DNA of 49,322 nucleotides from an uncultured Bacilli bacterium (GTDB lineage Bacteria; Bacillota_I; Bacilli_A; RF39; UBA660): NCBI GenBank assembly GCA_947626595.1, contig CANQST010000005.1, positions 1 to 49,322 of the forward strand, read 5' to 3'. Shown piece by piece: positions 48,159 to 49,322 of this stretch (position 1 is its first letter; each line of letters starts with the position of its first letter). The notes under the pieces were generated by a model. It saw only the letters and a program-made list of their open reading frames with translations, ran no database searches and was not told where the DNA came from. The position numbers and the translations under genes were made by a program.

Positions 48159-49118
48159 TTATCTATTTTTAAATTCTTTATATTTATTTTCTAAATAATC
48201 ACTAAACTCTATTTTTTTCATATTTTTCTCATATTCTTCTATCCATTCATCAATTAAATCATTTTCTTCAAGTATTTCTAGTAATTTTTCTTCTTTTTTA
48301 TCTTTATTATCTTCACCATAATTTTTATGGAAATAATTAATTGCCTCATCCACTTCACTAAGTAATATGTATATATTACTAATAGATATAATACAATAAT
48401 TTATATCTTCATTTATGTAATAACTTGTTGTACTATCTTTAACTTTTAAATCCCTTTCTCTTAAATAATTAATTTTCTTTTTTAAAGCATCTATAGCCTG
48501 TTCCTTATTATCAACAGTTTTTAAACTAGAAATAAGTAAGTAGTATAAAGAAAAAGAAAGTTCATTAGGATCTTTATAAACATCTAGTAAGTCAACACAT
48601 CTTTCTATATTTTCCCTAGTATAACCATTAGAAAAAATCCTTTTAATTATTAAATCATAAAAATCAGTTTGTGATACTTTTAAAGCACTAAAAGTATTAC
48701 AGCTTGTAAATAATAAATAATTTGTTCCTGTACTTAATCTTTTAAATAACTCAATTAAAAGATAAGTTGCGACTTTTCCATTATCAGTTGTTGGATCGAT
48801 TTTCATTAATTCTTTATAAAACTTCTTAACTTTAAAACGCCAAGAACTTCTTTCACTTTTAGGAATAACCCTATTGGGACTACAATAGTATTCAGCATCA
48901 ACACAATTTAAAAAGTAAACAATTTCTTCTTGTAATTGTTTAAATGATATTTTTGTTTCTTCCACTTTATTATCTTTATTAATATTTTTAATGAAATCAT
49001 CAATATCATAGTCTTCTTTTACTTTTTTAGGGATCTTTTTATAAAGTTCAAGTATTATTTTTGTTAATTCTTTCTTATCATAACTTTTAATTTCTTCTTT
49101 AATTTCATTTACTAACAT
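48159..49118 (-). CDS. Hypothetical alpha-helical protein
   Basis: 319-aa ORF, RBS GGGAGG, PNR..PK.ERS.WRF.VK motif. Confidence 0.75.
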   Translation of the reverse strand: MLVNEIKEEIKSYDKKELTKIILELYKKIPKKVKEDYDIDDFIKNINKDNKVEETKISFKQLQEEIVYFLNCVDAEYYCSPNRVIPKSERSSWRFKVKKFYKELMKIDPTTDNGKVATYLLIELFKRLSTGTNYLLFTSCNTFSALKVSQTDFYDLIIKRIFSNGYTRENIERCVDLLDVYKDPNELSFSLYYLLISSLKTVDNKEQAIDALKKKINYLRERDLKVKDSTTSYYINEDINYCIISISNIYILLSEVDEAINYFHKNYGEDNKDKKEEKLLEILEENDLIDEWIEEYEKNMKKIEFSDYLENKYKEFKNR

Positions 49119-49297
49119 TTATAATCCTCCCAAAATATTTAAATCCTATTTTACTATTACAAGAAGACTAATGCAAGAAAAATCATTTTTAAAATCACAG
49201 TTTTACATAAAACCACTTACTGTAGTAATTGAAATCTACTTTAAGTTTGCCAGTGCAACCAGTGCACAAAAAGTTGAAAAACTTTTTTTCTTTTCAC

Positions 49298-49322
49298 TTG
49301 ACACAACCCTAGGGGGGGGGGG
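49298..49322 (+). promoter_or_regulatory. Possible -35 box with a CsoR-like C/G-tract operator, truncated at the window end
   Basis: TTGACA followed by ACCCTAGGGGGG... Confidence 0.3.

Overview
Very AT-rich chromosomal window from a walled, low-GC monoderm. The FemAB, TagF-family, PASTA and GH25 genes plus sigma-A promoters suggest Bacilli, possibly an uncultured gut lineage such as RF39 (inference). Layout: tRNA-Gly, then dnaE-lspA-rluD, a stand-alone adenylating enzyme, a hybrid histidine kinase, a small alarmone synthetase/cysteine desulfurase operon and a multi-PASTA protein (1-13.8 kb). A ~3 kb accessory locus follows (13.9-17.0 kb). Next is a ~24.5 kb cell-surface glycan cluster (17.1-41.5 kb) with Wzt/Wzm, several fused glycosyltransferases, a GacI/J/K/L-like block and an inverted gmhA-GT9-hldE-gmhB heptose operon. 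The window ends with dagK-femAB, an ArsR/P1B-ATPase pair, a GH25 muramidase and hypotheticals. The most notable signal is in the accessory locus: a 30-aa hydrophobic peptide gene absent from the ORF track (14110-14202, -). It has its own promoter, an SD-sequestering hairpin, 5'-3' fold-back pairing and a convergent antisense RNA, which together look like a type I toxin-antitoxin module. The module is repeated as a degenerate array. In the second unit the toxin 5' half is replaced by an RNA ligase + ABC-ATPase + broken TOPRIM-like cargo, and a third orphan sRNA follows. All calls come from reading the sequence; no searches or folding programs were run.
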